From: Eledone cirrhosa
Taxonomy: Eukaryota
Direction: 5' to 3'
DNA: 64,000 bases
Assembly: GCA_964016885.1 (NCBI GenBank)
Contig: OZ024745.1
Coordinates: forward strand, 111,042,001 to 111,106,000
Part shown: positions 13,182 through 27,597 of the stretch, piece by piece
How the letters are laid out: every line of letters begins with the position of its first letter
Position numbering within the stretch: position 1 is the first letter of the stretch
The notes under the pieces: model-generated
What the model saw: the letters and a program-made list of their open reading frames with translations, nothing else
What the model was told of the DNA's origin: nothing
Database searches by the model: none
Program-made: the position numbers and the translations under genes

Positions 13182-14408
13182 TGTTTTACAAAACCTGAAA
13201 AATAAATAAAAATACTTTAATCTGTTATTCTGGGCTTCAAAAATTTAATATCTAGTAAAACATAGTCCTCTGGCATTCTGCTTTTGTTAGTGGAAAATGG
13301 AAGAAATTGAACAACGGGTAAAATGAAAGAAATCATACAAGAAAAGTCTCAAAAATAAAATAATATACCAAGAAAAGAATAAAGATATATTGTAATATGA
13401 GAAATATGTGGAATTTTTTCAACTAAAAATTAACACTATCATAATTTTCTTCAACCTCATTGAACCTAGCATTGTAAACCACCAAAAAAACTCAGTAATG
13501 TTAAAAAAATTCAGTATCATGCCATTGTACTCCTAACAACTCTTCCTAACAACTCTTTCAGATAAGCAAGGTGTGATTCAGTTCAGCATCAGTGACAAAA
13601 TACAAATTCGCTCTTCTTCACTCAATAGATTAGAATAAATCTAATTTGCCCATAAACTCAATGAAACTCTAAAAGTCCACCATTCATGACACAAACAGGA
13701 TAAGTGTCTTCTTTATGAGAAATATAATTTAAAAAGACAAGCAGAAGGAATAACAAAACAAATTAATTAAGAAGGAATTTATTAACAAAATGGGTTTTGT
13801 TTCAAATCCCAATATTCTGTCTTGCATATTTCAAACTCAAAATGATGGAAGAGTTAATTTTTGGTATAGAAAAGAAGTAATTCACTGAAAATACATCTTG
13901 ATTCATATCCCTTAGAATTACCCTAACCTAAATAAGTCTCTGCTGGAGCCTATATATAACTACTTGGTCTGCTAAATATAGCTGTCAAATTTCACTCAGA
14001 TTTAGCACATCCATCTTAAAATGAGAAACAAACATTGGATGAAGTTTGGAGAAACTCTTAACATTCTAGTCAGCATGAAACCACATTAGCAAAATATGTT
14101 TGCAAAGTTCAAAACAAAACTAAGACTACATCACATTAACCATTTTTTCCTTTCATTCTTTCAAATTCAATAAAAGAAACTATAGTTGATTCTTCCTGTA
14201 TATGTCTTCTACATTCCTCCTTTTTATTACTCTTCCTCTTGGCAGTATTCAGACCTGGAGACAAAATAGACATCACTAGGTTTAGAATACCCAAGACATG
14301 CTGTATGTCACTATGACACCCCTACAACTCTATCAGGAGTTATATATCTATACATATATGCTAAACAAACAAATTATTCCAAACAAAATTTCACATTTTC
14401 AAATCAAT

Positions 14409-14553
14409 TGTTCATACAAGTTTGTCTTACAAGCTTGTCATACAATTTTGTCATACAAGTTTGTCATACAATATTGTCATACAATTTTGTCATACAAGTT
14501 TGTCATACAAGTTTGTCATACAAGTTTGTCATACCAATTTGTCATACAAGTTT
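14409..14553. repeat. 13-bp minisatellite (tttgtcatacaag), ~11 copies
   Basis: Seen directly. Confidence 0.9.
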
Positions 14554-14639
14554 AAATATTCTAAAGATATTTTGTGGATTTTCTTTAGCTAGTTTTGTTT
14601 TTCAATTTCAAGGTTGAATTTCTTTTCTTTCAAGTGACA

Positions 14640-15637
14640 TCTAAAGTCTGTCTTAAGCCAGTTAAGGCTCCTTAGGCCGATATGCTTATCCCAGTTACAT
14701 GGCGGGAAGTGACTGAGAGTACAAAACTCCCCCACTGGGGGGGGGGAGAATGAGGTAGGGCTGAAAGAGGAGGAACGAGAAGAAGGGGAGGAAGTGAGTG
14801 ATGAAAGGAAGGGGAGTAGGAAGGGAGGAAGGTAGTAAATAGAGGAAGAGGTGGAAAGTGGGGGGAATGGGAGGAAAGGAACGAATGAGAGGAAGGGAGG
14901 AACTGGAGGAACTGGAGGAAGAGGAGGCATGGTAAGAAGGATAGGAAGGGGAGGAATGGGCAGAAGTGGAGTATTGGGAGAAAGGAATGAGAGCAAACGT
15001 AGGAAGGGGCGAAAGAAGAGTAGGGAGGAAAGGAGAGTAGGGAAAAAAGGAGAGTAGGGAGGAAAGGAGAGTAGGGAGGAAAGGAGAGTAGGGAAGAAAA
15101 GAGAGTAGGGAAGAAAGGAGAGTAAGGAGGTAAAGGAGAGTAAGGAGGTAAAGGAGAGTAAGGAGGAAAGGAGAGTAAGGAGGTAAAGGAGAGTGAGGAG
15201 GAAAGGAGAGTAAGGAAGAAATGACAGTAAGGAGGAAAGAAGAGTAAGGAGGAAAGGAGAGTGAGGAGGAAAAGGAGAGTGATGAGGAAAAGGAGAGTAA
15301 GGGGGAAAAGGAGAGTAGGGAGGAAAGGAGAGTAGGGAGGAAAGGAGAGTAGGGAGGAAAGGAGAGTAGGGAGGAAAGGAGAGTAAGGAGGAAAAGAGAG
15401 TATGGAGGAAAGGAGAGTAAGGAGGAAAGGAGAGTGAGGGGGAATGGTAGGTAGGGCAGGAATGTGTAGAACAGGGAGGACACCATTGCCACTATCCATT
15501 ATCAGCTCAGTATACTGGAGCAATGTAGAATGAAGTGTTTTGCTCAAGAACACAACACACAACCCAGTCCTGGAATCGAACCCACGACAGTATGATTGTA
15601 AGTCTAACACCCTTACCACTAGGCCAAGCAGCTCCAC
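14640..15637 (-). mobile_element. CORE-type SINE split by a purine-rich array (17-bp unit agggaggaaaggagagt)
   Basis: Head and CORE at ~15480-15637; tail at 14640-14735 matches the uninterrupted copy at 47107-47375. Array at ~14736-15478. Confidence 0.7.
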
Positions 15638-16388
15638 TAGTAATATCTATAGCTTGCTAGTTTATTCTGCTTGGAAAAAAAAATAGAAAATTAGAAACAT
15701 TAGAAGTGCTCTGATCATCTGAAAACAATACCTAATAAGTTGTTTTTCTCAGCCACATATAAAGTGACCAGCTGACCTACAATTCAGAAGTCCTGCTACA
15801 GAAAGACTTTCTAAACTGTAGACAATAAGGCATTATTTAAAAAAAGGTGTTTCTGGAGCCCCATCCCAGGATTAAAGGCCCTGAAGTCACTGTGTATAAT
15901 ACAGTAAATTTATGATAAAGTAACTATGATTTGGGTTGTTGATCCACCAATTGCAGACAATGATTTATGTTATAAAACTCCACAATAAAGTGTTTTATTA
16001 AAGTAGAACATCAATTGTCAAAAAAAGGACCTTAAAAATTAATAACTCCCAGTCACTGTTGGAATTTCTCCTTCCACCAAGCCTCTCCCTCTGTCACTGC
16101 ACAAAGCCACTAAATCTCTATACTTAACATCACTGTCTTAGAAACTAAGACTACAGATTTGCACAGCTTATAAAAAATCCAGTTGAACACAGACAACCAG
16201 AAAAAAACTGAGTTCTATGGAGTCCAGGTTGCTAGGTGTATATTCAGTTTATATATGAATAATCATTAAGTATTGCTTGCTCTGGAATACAGGATATATA
16301 TTTATATATATATATATATATACAAATATAGATAACTACACATGAAAACACTCTCTCACACACATACAAACACATATACCTACCTACC

Positions 16389-16428
<40 letters not shown>

Positions 16429-17095
16429 TACATATACATGTATGTTTATATACATACATGCATATGTATGTGTTTGCATATTTACTTGTATACATGCAAC
16501 ACACACACATATATATATATGTGTACAAACACACATATAAACACACAGACACACACATACAAACAAAGTATATTGATATATTAGGTAATTCATCACAGAC
16601 ATTTGTTTTCTCTTTTCCTTTATTTTCTTTCGTATAAGTTGACAAACAAAAGACAAATATTTCAACAAAATATTTATTTTCCTATATAAATTATGAGAAC
16701 ATATCTTTTTTTAATTTTCCTTCACATTTCCATCAATTTTTCATTTTTTTTTTCTCTCTTTCTTCTTTGTTCTCTTTATCAATTCTTTTCTCTTCTTCCC
16801 ATCTTTCCCTCCTCTTTTGCCTTGCATTTATTTGAATTTAAAGTAATTACTCATTGGTTTGCAATATCTGAAGAGGCTACACAGAAAACAAATATTACAT
16901 TGGAAGTAATTCAGTGATGAATATGCGAAATGAAATCTAAATGAAAGCATTATAAATCAGGCTTATAATCTTTCAAGATTTTTTTTTTTTTCTTTTGACA
17001 AACACTTGTTTGTTCTGTACAAAACTGCTACAGCAAAAATTCTTTAAGCACTATTATAGAAATGAACAAATAAATAATAATAATAATATTAATAA

Positions 17096-17285
17096 TGATT
17101 TCTACTATAGGCACAAGGCCAGCAATTATCCCAGTGTATTACTGGTACTTTATTTTATCGACCCCCGTAAGGATGAAAGGCAAAGTTAATCTCAGTGGGA
17201 TTTGAACCTAGACCATAAAGAGCTGTAACTCTATGCTGCAAAGCATGGCGTCAGACCCTCTACCAATACTACCAATCCACCGCCC

Positions 17286-17287
<2 letters not shown>
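17096..17287 (-). mobile_element. Nin/Deu-domain SINE
   Basis: Near full-length family match. Confidence 0.8.
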
Positions 17288-17345
<58 letters not shown>

Positions 17346-19150
17346 TTTTCTTTATTAACCACAAGGGTTTACACAAAGTAGACATTAAGGACAGTACAGG
17401 ACAATACAGGACGGTACAAATGGGCATTTCTGCATGTAAAAAAAACAAAAAACAGAGGATGTAATAAAAGAACAATGAAAAATTCCCCGAGGGCCATCAT
17501 GGAGAAAGCCCATTAAAAAAAGCCACAGTGACCCTGACCACCAGGGCAAGTGTCCTCTCCCAGTTTTCCACCTTCAATTTACAGGCATATACTCAGAGTA
17601 GGTCCATTCATTCGGGCCATTCTTGCCTCTCTCACCCATCTTTCAACAAAAAGCCGGGAAGAGAGCACTTAATAATTTCTGTATTAATCACAGGGGTTTA
17701 CAAAAACCCCATTAAGGACACTCCTATACAATACAGTGTAGTGTTATGGAAATGTAAAAATGAGAAATAACAAAAATAAAACAAAAAAGAGTTAACAATA
17801 AAATTCCCCAATAGTGGGGAGAAACTTCTGAGGGCCACTGGTGGAAAACAAACCCCCAAAAGCTACGCCCATCCTGACCCCTTTTCTGATCAACAGGTGA
17901 ATACTCAGAACAGTTCAATTCACTAGGACTATGCTTGCCACCCTCCATCTATCTTTTAACAAATTTACTAGAAAGCAGCACATCCCACTCCACCAAAGAA
18001 AAAAATTGTCTGTCTTCTGAACTATCAATCACATACACCACACATTCTCTTTTGCCATAGCCACTAGACAGATAAAGACTGCCTCACCTTCCTGGCCAAA
18101 GGAAGGTGGCAGGGCTATTTTCACAAAAGACTCAGCTGATAGCTAGATCTATCCTCTCTGTGATAGCAGTTGCTTGACATAACTCTACATGTAAGTAATG
18201 GATGAGTGTGTGTAGGATGGTTTCATCACCCTGCATACATCTCAAACAAGCTTGATTGATGGCACTTCTGTGCTTGTAGAGTTTATCTTCAACTAGCAGC
18301 GGCCCCTCCCAGAAGTACTGCCAAGCCAGAGATTTCTGGAAATTATCCATTGATTCTGGACTGAAAATCCTCCAGAATAGACTAGCCATTTGATTTTCAT
18401 TGATGCCCAGAGTCTCATTCAGAAAGTCATTACTTTGACCCACCATTAATCCTCTCTAAAATGATAAAGTGGAATTTTCACCATTCATTTTGGCCAACTC
18501 CAACTGGCACAGGGCTGTGAGCACTAGATGACATTCCAGTTACCAAGCAGCAACCCCTGCCCAACATTCCAGTCTTCACTTGACCTAAGACTGCAACTCT
18601 GTCAAAGAGATAAGTTAGAGAAGGGTGCATATGACAAATGGCAACCATACCTGTTCACCATCAAGGAAATTCCAGAAATGTCACATCCTCAGTGCATGTT
18701 TGCACAACATCAGACACAACATGAATAGTCTTCCATGCAGTGGGTGTTGACAGCATATAGACTGCCTGGCTGGTGGAATACACCTTTCCATATTGAAAGA
18801 GCAGATGTTTCAGTCCATGCAAACATGAACTAAGGCAAGGCATGTCAGTCATGTAGATGACAGAGGCAATGTAGCAATTCACCTCCTCTACCTGACCTCA
18901 CAGGGATAGCTTCCTCTCAGTCAATTTCTGGGTGAGACTGGTCCCCCTCGCTCATCACCCTCATCCTAGTTCATGTCCATCTGGAGACCAGGACAAAACC
19001 AGACCCCAGTTACTTTAACCTGTCTGTCCATCCAGCACCCCATGATGTTGTTGAACAGTATGGACCTACCTCTCCAGGTGTTGAGCTTCAGGCTCACTGA
19101 TTTTTAATGTTTAATTTTTCCTCTTGACACTACCTCATATTCTCTTTTGT
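17288..19150 (-). pseudogene. Two tandem 3' fragments of a Tx1/L1-like LINE
   Basis: ORF 18132-18446 (DNFQKSLAWQ..CLRC..DETILH) is a C-terminal CCHC/zf-RVT-like region homologous to 50057-50638. The 3' UTR occurs twice, and there is an (att)n tail. Confidence 0.75.
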
Positions 19151-19328
19151 AATCTAGCAAAATGAATAATTTGGCATGGATCTGGAACCAAAGGTACAAG
19201 AAAATTAATTGCTACATTCAACACAACCAACGTAAATTCTAGGTCTAGGAAGATGGCCCTTATTGTGAGATCCAGACATTTCTGAAGCAACAATTATTAT
19301 ATAGTCAAGAAACAACAACAACAAAGTT

Positions 19329-19357
19329 AATGATGATGGTTATGATGGTTGTGGTAG

Positions 19358-19392
<35 letters not shown>

Positions 19393-19807
19393 TTGATGAT
19401 GATAGTGGTAGTGATGATGATGATGATGATGATGATGATGTTGATGATGATAGTGGTACTGGTGACAATGATGATGATGATGATAATGATGATGGTGATG
19501 GTGATGGTGGTGGTGATGATGATGATGATGATGTTGATGATGATAGTGGTAATGGTGACGATGATGATGATGATAATGATGATGATGATAATGATGATGG
19601 TGATGGTGATGGTGGTGATGATGATGATGATGATGATGATGATAGTGGTAATGGTGGCGATGATGATGATGATAATGATGATGGTGATGGTGATGGTGAT
19701 GGTGGTGGTGATGATGGTGATGATGATGATGGTGATGGTGGTGATGGTGGTGATGATAATGGGGATGAAGATGATAGTTGTGACGATGATGATGATAGTG
19801 GCGATGG

Positions 19808-19850
<43 letters not shown>

Positions 19851-19950
19851 GGTGATAGTGGTGATGGTGATGATGAAGGTGATAGTGGCGATGATGATGA
19901 TGATGACGAGGGGGTGAGGAGAGGAGGAGGAGGAGGAGGAGGAGGAGGAA
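19329..19950. repeat. (GAT/GGT)n then (GGA)n microsatellite
   Basis: Seen directly. Confidence 0.95.
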
Positions 19951-20249
19951 ACAAATACAGCAACTAAATATGATATTAACTGAAATGGAGGAGGTGGGGG
20001 TGCTGTACATGCCCTGTCAAACTAGTTGATGTTGATGTTTTATATGTTTATAACTGACCCCTATGTTCAGACATATTGGAGCTTACGTTAACAGACACAA
20101 CAATAGTTTTATTGATATTGATTTTTGTTTTAAATTAAATAAAAACTCCTAAAAGAGTGGAAAGAAGTTTTGAGTGGGCGATGGAGCAAAAATAAGAGTT
20201 AAAAATTAAAAAATGTTGTTTGGAATAAAATACTAAGATAGCCTATATT

Positions 20250-20902
20250 GATTTCTAATTTATGCACAAGGCCAGCAAATTTAGGAGAAGGGCAGAGTTA
20301 ATTAAATCAACCCCAGTACATAACTGGTACTTTATTTTATTGACTCTTGAAGGTTGAACAGCTAAGTTGACCTTGGCGAGATTTGAACTCAGAATGTAAA
20401 GAGTCAGGACAAATACCACAATGGCATTTTATCTGATGCTCTACCAACTTTGCCAGTCCATCACCCATGTAAAGAGTCAGAACAAATACCACAATGGCAT
20501 TTTATCTGATGCTCTACCAACTTTGCCAGTCCATCACCCATGTAAAGAGTCAGAATAAATACCACAAAGGCATTTTATCTGATGCTCTACCAACTTTGCC
20601 AGTCCATCACCCATGTAAAGAGTCAGAACAAATACCACAAAGGCATTTTATCTGATGCCAGTCTGATACCAACTTTGCCAGTCCATCACCCATGTACAAG
20701 TCCAGACATTTTAGGAGAGGGGAAAGTCAATTATAGTGACCCCAGGACTTGACTGGTACTTTATTTTATTGACCTCTGAAAGATGGCAGACAAAGTTAAC
20801 TTCAACAGAATTTGAACTCAGAATATAAAGAGCCGGAATATACCACAATGAAATTTTATCTGATGTTCTGATGCTCTACCAATTCTGCTAATTCACCACC
20901 CT
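20250..20902 (-). mobile_element. Two Nin/Deu SINEs, one with its tRNA head tandemly repeated four times (73-bp unit)
   Basis: Units start at 20395, 20468, 20541 and 20614. Each includes the A-box-like tggcaaagttgg on the minus strand. Confidence 0.75.
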
Positions 20903-21275
20903 ACAAAATTATAAAATAGCTTTATATTAAAAGGTAAAAAACAAACAATAATATTATGTAACCAAAATCCATTTCAGAACAAATAAAGAAAGAATTTAAC
21001 AAATATAATTATTATTTCTTCTTTTTATTATTTTTTTTTTTTTAATGCAGAAAGAGTTCTGTTGCAATTTTAAATGGGTAGCGATTTTTACTTCCCAAAC
21101 ATAAACACACAAACACACCAACCACATATATATATATATATATATGTATATGTGTGTGCATGTATATATCATCATCAATATATGTGTGTGTGTGTATATA
21201 TATATATATACATGTATACTCACATACAAATATATATATATATATATATGTATGTATATATGTATATATATATAT

Positions 21276-21305
<30 letters not shown>

Positions 21306-21306
<1 letters not shown>

Positions 21307-21318
21307 AATAATATATAC

Positions 21319-21356
<38 letters not shown>

Positions 21357-21396
21357 GTATACTCACATACAAATATATATATATGTACGTGTATGC

Positions 21397-21481
<85 letters not shown>

Positions 21482-21524
21482 TACATACACGTACATATAT
21501 ATATATATTTGTATGTGAGTATAC

Positions 21525-21562
<38 letters not shown>

Positions 21563-21570
21563 GTATATAT

Positions 21571-21575
<5 letters not shown>
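21306..21575. repeat. Palindrome inside a TA/CA-rich tract
   Basis: acacatgtatactcacatacaaat and atttgtatgtgagtatacatgtgt mirror each other about the TA run at ~21400-21475. Confidence 0.75.
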
Positions 21576-21606
<31 letters not shown>

Positions 21607-22929
21607 TATATACATAAATATATATATATATATATTGATCAAATAGATGAATTTTTTCCACACCAACTGCAGTTCAGATACATCTTATCCTTTCCTGAAT
21701 GAAACCATGCATGCAAATCAAACCCTCAAACCCTATAATCATTTATATAATAATCAATTTTTCTTTTTCTCACCTCTTTCTCTTCTCCTCTCATTCTTTA
21801 TCTTACTCTTACCATTAGCTAACTTATTTCAGTTTGTTTTTTCAATCTCCTTCAACCTTATCCCTCCTCTCACCAGTTGTTTGTTCTTCACTCTCATTTC
21901 AACTTTACCCCTTATCTCTCTCACTCCTTTCCTTTTTTCTTCCTCTTTTGTTTATTTTAATTGTTTAGATTTTTTCTTATAAACCTTTCTCTTACTTTAT
22001 TACATTTTCCTTTTTAATCTTTAGTCCTTTCACCCCCACCTTTTATTTTACTATCATGTTTTCTTACTATTTACTAAACATCCATAATCATTCACTTTTA
22101 GCATTGTCTTCCTATACAGTTCCTGTTTTTATTTCTATGCTAATTTTACATATTGAACTGTCAAAGAAGCTTCCATGTATGTAGTTGCATGATACATTCG
22201 ATGTAACAACCAAATCTGTCTCAAAACACCTAATGTCTTTAAAATGGTAATCGCATGACATTAAACTGTATCTGAAGGCAGCATGCCCACAATGAAGATG
22301 CATGGCTGAACAATGTGATTGCTTCAGTTACATATGCTTTTCATTTTAATGAATTGTCTTTGTTGATGTTTAAAACTTCATTTAACCCCTCCGTTACCAA
22401 ATTTCTAATGAAATATGTATGTATTTCTTTCAGAGAAGGGAAAAGCGTGATATTGAGAAGAAGTGGGTAAGAAATATAGAGGAATAAATGATCCCAGTAT
22501 TCAAGTGCTACTTTTTTAACCCCTCCACTACCATATTTCTACTAAAATATGTATGTATTTCTTTCAGAGAAGGAAAGAGAGTGGTAGAGAGAAGTGGGAA
22601 CGAAATGACCCCAGTATTGAAGTGGTACGTTTTTATTGAGCTCAAAAGAATGAAAGGAAAATTTGACCTTGATGGGATTTAAACTCAGAGTGCAGAGAGC
22701 CAGAATGAATACTGCAACATAATCTATCCAACATTTTAATGAATCTGCCAATAGACCACCTTCTAATGAAGTAATAAAAGTGAACTAATTAATTAAGAAT
22801 TTAAAGAAATTTACTAAAATTATTAGTTATTTCATTATTAAGATGATATTTATAATATAACTTAAAAGGTTCTTATATCAAATTATATTCAACGATATCA
22901 ATTTATATAGGAACACTTTAAAATTTCCT

Positions 22930-23125
22930 CAGCAAAACACTTCATTTCATGTTGCTCAAGTATGCTCAGCTGAAAATGAGTACCAGCAATAGCTGGGGGT
23001 TTAACTCTGCAATGGACTGGCATCCTGTTCAAGGGGAAGTCTTGTACTCTCAGTCATTTCATGCCATGAAACCGGGATAAGCTCCGACCTAACGAGCCTT
23101 CTGGCTTAAGACAGACTTTAGACTT
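22930..23125 (+). mobile_element. CORE-type SINE, 5'-truncated (ctggcttaagacagacttta tail)
   Basis: Homologous to 47107-47375 and 14640-14735. Confidence 0.65.
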
Positions 23126-23880
23126 AGAACTTTAAAATAAATAGCTTTATTTCTGAGAATCAGAAGCTATTTTGAACAAGTTGATATCAAAAGGGTTGTT
23201 TTCAATGAGGTGACTTCAAAATGTTATGAAATCTGGAGAAAGTTCTTACTAACAGAAAGGAATACTAACACCTAAAATTATAGCAAAAGCAATGCAGTTG
23301 AAAGTGGTAAATAGTAAATGGTAAATTATTTACTAAAGGTATAACAATCAATTTTTTGTCACCTTTGGTTCCAGATCCATACCAAATTATTCATTTTGCT
23401 AAAAAAAGGTCACATAATCAATAACTTTATCGCTACGAAGCTTTCATGACATACTTTTTTTTATTCCTTTAAAAACATATTATGAAGGCAGAAAAATTAC
23501 TGTAATAATATAAAAGCACAAATATTTTGGCACTTCAACTGTGCTTGGAAGCCAAGGTAATTTACTCTTCAACTTATAAGCACACATTATAGTAACAGCA
23601 TGGTGGATTGTAACAAACTTGTATAAAGTGTTCAGTTCAGAAACACAATGAAATATTTGAAAGATGAATATTAGTAAAATAGGAGAACATTTTTCATAAT
23701 GCAGCAGTCACTGATATCTAAATATTTAGATGGTTGCAAATGACACAGTGCCACTTGTGGCTATTAAAATACTCTGTTGTGTTTCAGAACATTCAAGTAT
23801 CTTTTTGTTATTATATCCAGATTAAAAGAAATCGGTGTTGTACCTGTATATGAAACGAATTGTGTATTTAAATACTATTG

Positions 23881-24040
23881 GAAGAAGAAGAAGAAGAAGA
23901 AGAAGAAGAAGAAGAAGAAGAAGAAGAAGAAGAAGAAGAAGAAGAAGAAGAAGAAGAAGAAGAAGAAGAAGAAGAAGAAGAAGAAGGAGGAGAAGAAGAA
24001 GAAGAAGAAGAAGAAGAAGAAGAAGAAGAAGAAGAAGAAG
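23881..24040. repeat. (GAA)n microsatellite
   Basis: Seen directly. Confidence 0.97.
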
Positions 24041-24689
24041 GTTTCAAATGGGTGGTTTTATTCTATAGAACCAGAGATGGTTTGGAGCAAGGTGACATGA
24101 AAAGGGTTAAAAGAGTTAAGGCACTAGGAATTTGATATAAAGGATATTTGGCTGCTATTGTTGGCAGGTCAAATGGCAATGTAGATGCTCATTACTTGTT
24201 TGTTTTTTAGAAGTGCTACAAGAAGCCTGCGTAAACATTTGGTCACAAACACTTAGAATTACATTTTTCAATAGTTTTCACTTATTTTTCCAACTGATCT
24301 GAATAATTATTTTTGATATATATACATAGACAAATATTTTGACCAAGGGGTTAGTCAATTAAATCAACCCTATGCTTGACTAGCACTTTATTTTATCAAC
24401 ACCTCAAAATGATGAAAGGCAAAGTGGACCTGGGTGAGATTTGAACTCAGAATATAAAAAGACAACACAATGTATGAATTACAATAAACTCTGATTGCAT
24501 GTATTGTGTGCACATTCAGTTAATGTTTGAATGGCCTAAATCTATGTATGTTTGTACATAAAACAGCTCCTTCAATATATATATTGGAGTTGGGTCCATA
24601 ACTCCTATGGGTCACCTTGAGCCAATCGTCAGGTCGATATGCAATAAATATTTTTCATATGTAAACGAAACTTCCTCATTTTTTCTATT

Positions 24690-25014
24690 CATCATCATCA
24701 TCATCATTTTACATCCGCTTTTCCCTGCTTGCAAGGGTGAGACGGGTCTTATTCAGCACAACATCTCTCCACTTGTCACGGTCCTTCGTCATCTCCACCG
24801 TGAGCTTCAGCGATCTGAGGTCTGTTCTCACCACCTCCGCCCATGTTTTTCGTTGTCTACCTCTACCACATCTTCCTTCAACTGGCATTTCCTGGCACTT
24901 CTTCACCCATCGGTCATCCTCCATGCGCATCACATGTCCATACCACCTCAGTCTCCTCTCTCGCATACTACATTTTATCCCTCTCAGACACAGTTCCTCT
25001 CTCAACACACACAT
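24690..25014 (-). pseudogene. RTE LINE 3' fragment (short-UTR subfamily)
   Basis: RERRLRWYGHVMRM..GRGRQRKTW RTE C-terminus followed by a (gat)n tail. Confidence 0.9.
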
Positions 25015-26879
25015 TTTTAATTATGTCTCATATAAAATAATACAACTGGCTATCCGCAAAATACGTATAGTTAGCACCCCAAACGTAAAATTGGGATTAT
25101 ACTAAGGTATATCCTAATGTTTGTTGAGTGAGACGGAAGCCGGTCGGAGTATTGCTTAAAGCTTTCTCTGTTAATGTATTAAATATATACATATATATAT
25201 ATATTAGAAAAGGGAAGGGGCCAATGACTGAGGTCTTGCCATTTCAACAGCTAATTCCAGACTGGTGATACACGTGCTATTGAATACACATCTCGTATAA
25301 GATAAGTGGTCCAGAGAAGAAGAATGGTTCTTTAAATGCTGTTAATGAAAAGTTTTCGAATAAATTGTTTATATTTTTTAAAATATTTATTTTAAAGCTT
25401 TTTATTAACAGTCTTGTGCAAGCGTTTTCTCACAGTAGCCTTACTGTGAAACATTTTGTATGAAGCACACAAAATAATAAAACAATATTTCCATCCACAA
25501 AGTTAGAAAATTTCCAATTAATTTCATCCATCCATTTTTTTTCTAAATGGATTGTCAAATAAAAGTCAACAAATACATTTTATGTTAGAAATCAATCAAC
25601 ATATTGTAAGTCAAAACAAGAGTAAACTTGAATGTCTTACCATAGTAAAACTTTATAATTATAATGCTGAAAACTCTAACTTAAAAACACTTAATTTGTT
25701 TCATTTCAGATTTATTTGTAAATTGTTAAAATAAACTAGCTTAAATAAAGTTTGTTTTGCATAAAGATTACTTTAAATTTATTTTGAATTTGTAATTTCC
25801 ATTAAATTAACAAATCTAGATTTCTTTTGTTACATTTTCATAAAGATAAGTTAGTTATATATTAAACTAAAAAAAAAAAAACATGAAAACAAGTTATGCT
25901 TTATGGCAACAGATGTATATATGCCTGACCACTAAGTTTCTATGAAATCATTTGTCTAACAAGATTTCTAGTGGATTCTGTCAGTTTCTAGATATTCATT
26001 CCTAAGCTGGAATCCATACTGACATGACAAATCTGACTCAACAAAGCTTTGCGTTAGATTTGTTACACATCTTCGCTGCTCAAGAAATTTATCTCACAGA
26101 CAAAGATAAAGAGGCTCTGATAAGATTATTATTTGACAAAGAACTTGAGATAAAGATTTAAGATTAGAATAAGTTATCTACCCCAATCCTTAGATATTGA
26201 AAATCTTGTGGAATGTGCCTTACTTGTGTTAAGTTTGAAAGTAAAATTCTTTTCAATAAAGATGCTTTATTCCCAAACTGGCCATTTTCTCCTGCAGTTT
26301 AAGATGAAATATATTCATACAAAGTAAGTATTTCTAATTACAATAGCAATTTAATAAATCAAGACTGTTGTTTTTTTTAATAATAGGAACATTATGACAT
26401 TTTTACAGATGTTTTACAAAGTGGCTTTTATATTTTATCACAGTAATATAATCATTAATGGATATTAATTTTTCATAAAAAATTTTTTTATGCTCTTCCC
26501 CTACAATTGTAAGAAAATGCAAGGTTCAAATTTGGTGGGAAAAGTTCCTACATACCTATTACACAAAGCTCATAGCACAGCTATAATTTATCTTTTATTT
26601 TTTTGCTGATTTCAGTCATTAGAATATGGTCGTATTGGAGTATCTTAAAGGAATTTAATAGATAATATCGACCTCAGTATTTATTTCATGTCTGGTACTT
26701 ATTTTATCAATTTCTTTTTGTTGAACTGCAAAGTTATGGAGAATAAACACACACACACACAGACAGAAATGTAAACAGTTACACACACACATATATATAT
26801 ATGCATACATATATACATATACAGACACACACATATACATACATATATACATTCATGCATATATAAAAATACAGGCACA

Positions 26880-27350
26880 AACACACATGCACACACATAT
26901 ACATACATATATACATATATTCAAGATATTTACAGAGACAGACACACATATACACACACATATACATACATATATACATACATATATTCATGATATTTAC
27001 AGATACAGACACACACACACACACATACACACACACACACACATATACATACATATATACATATATACATATATTCATGATATTTTCACACACACATACA
27101 CATACACACACACATATATATACATACATATATACATATATTCATGATATTTACAGATACACACACACACATATACATACATATATACATATAATTCATG
27201 ATATTTACAGAGACAGACACACACATTCACACACACACACATACACACACACACATATACATACATATATACATATATACATATATTCATGATATTTTCA
27301 CACACACATACACATACACACACACATATATATACACACATATACATACA
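26880..27350. repeat. CA/TA-rich compound minisatellite with recurring atattcatgatattt
   Basis: Seen directly. Confidence 0.8.
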
Positions 27351-27378
27351 TGCCTGAATCTGTAATATGTTTTTATTT

Positions 27379-27560
27379 AATTGTTTCTACGTTAGGCCAG
27401 CAATTACCCAGTGCATTACTGGTACTTTATTTTATCGACCCCGTAAGGATGAAAGGCAAAGTCAACCTCGGCGGGATTTGAACTCAGATCGTAAAGGGAC
27501 ATAATTATGCTGGAAAGCATGGCGTCCGACCCTCTACCGATACTGCCAATCCACCGCCCT
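27379..27560 (-). mobile_element. Nin/Deu-domain SINE, near full length
   Basis: Family match. Confidence 0.85.
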
Positions 27561-27597
27561 ATCTATATGTTTTTATTTAATGAATAGTATTTACCTG

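Noticed and set aside
25060-25150. Further hammerhead-like remnants (also ~400, 34830, 47590, 48940)
   Set aside because: Too many core substitutions or unclosed stems to call by eye.
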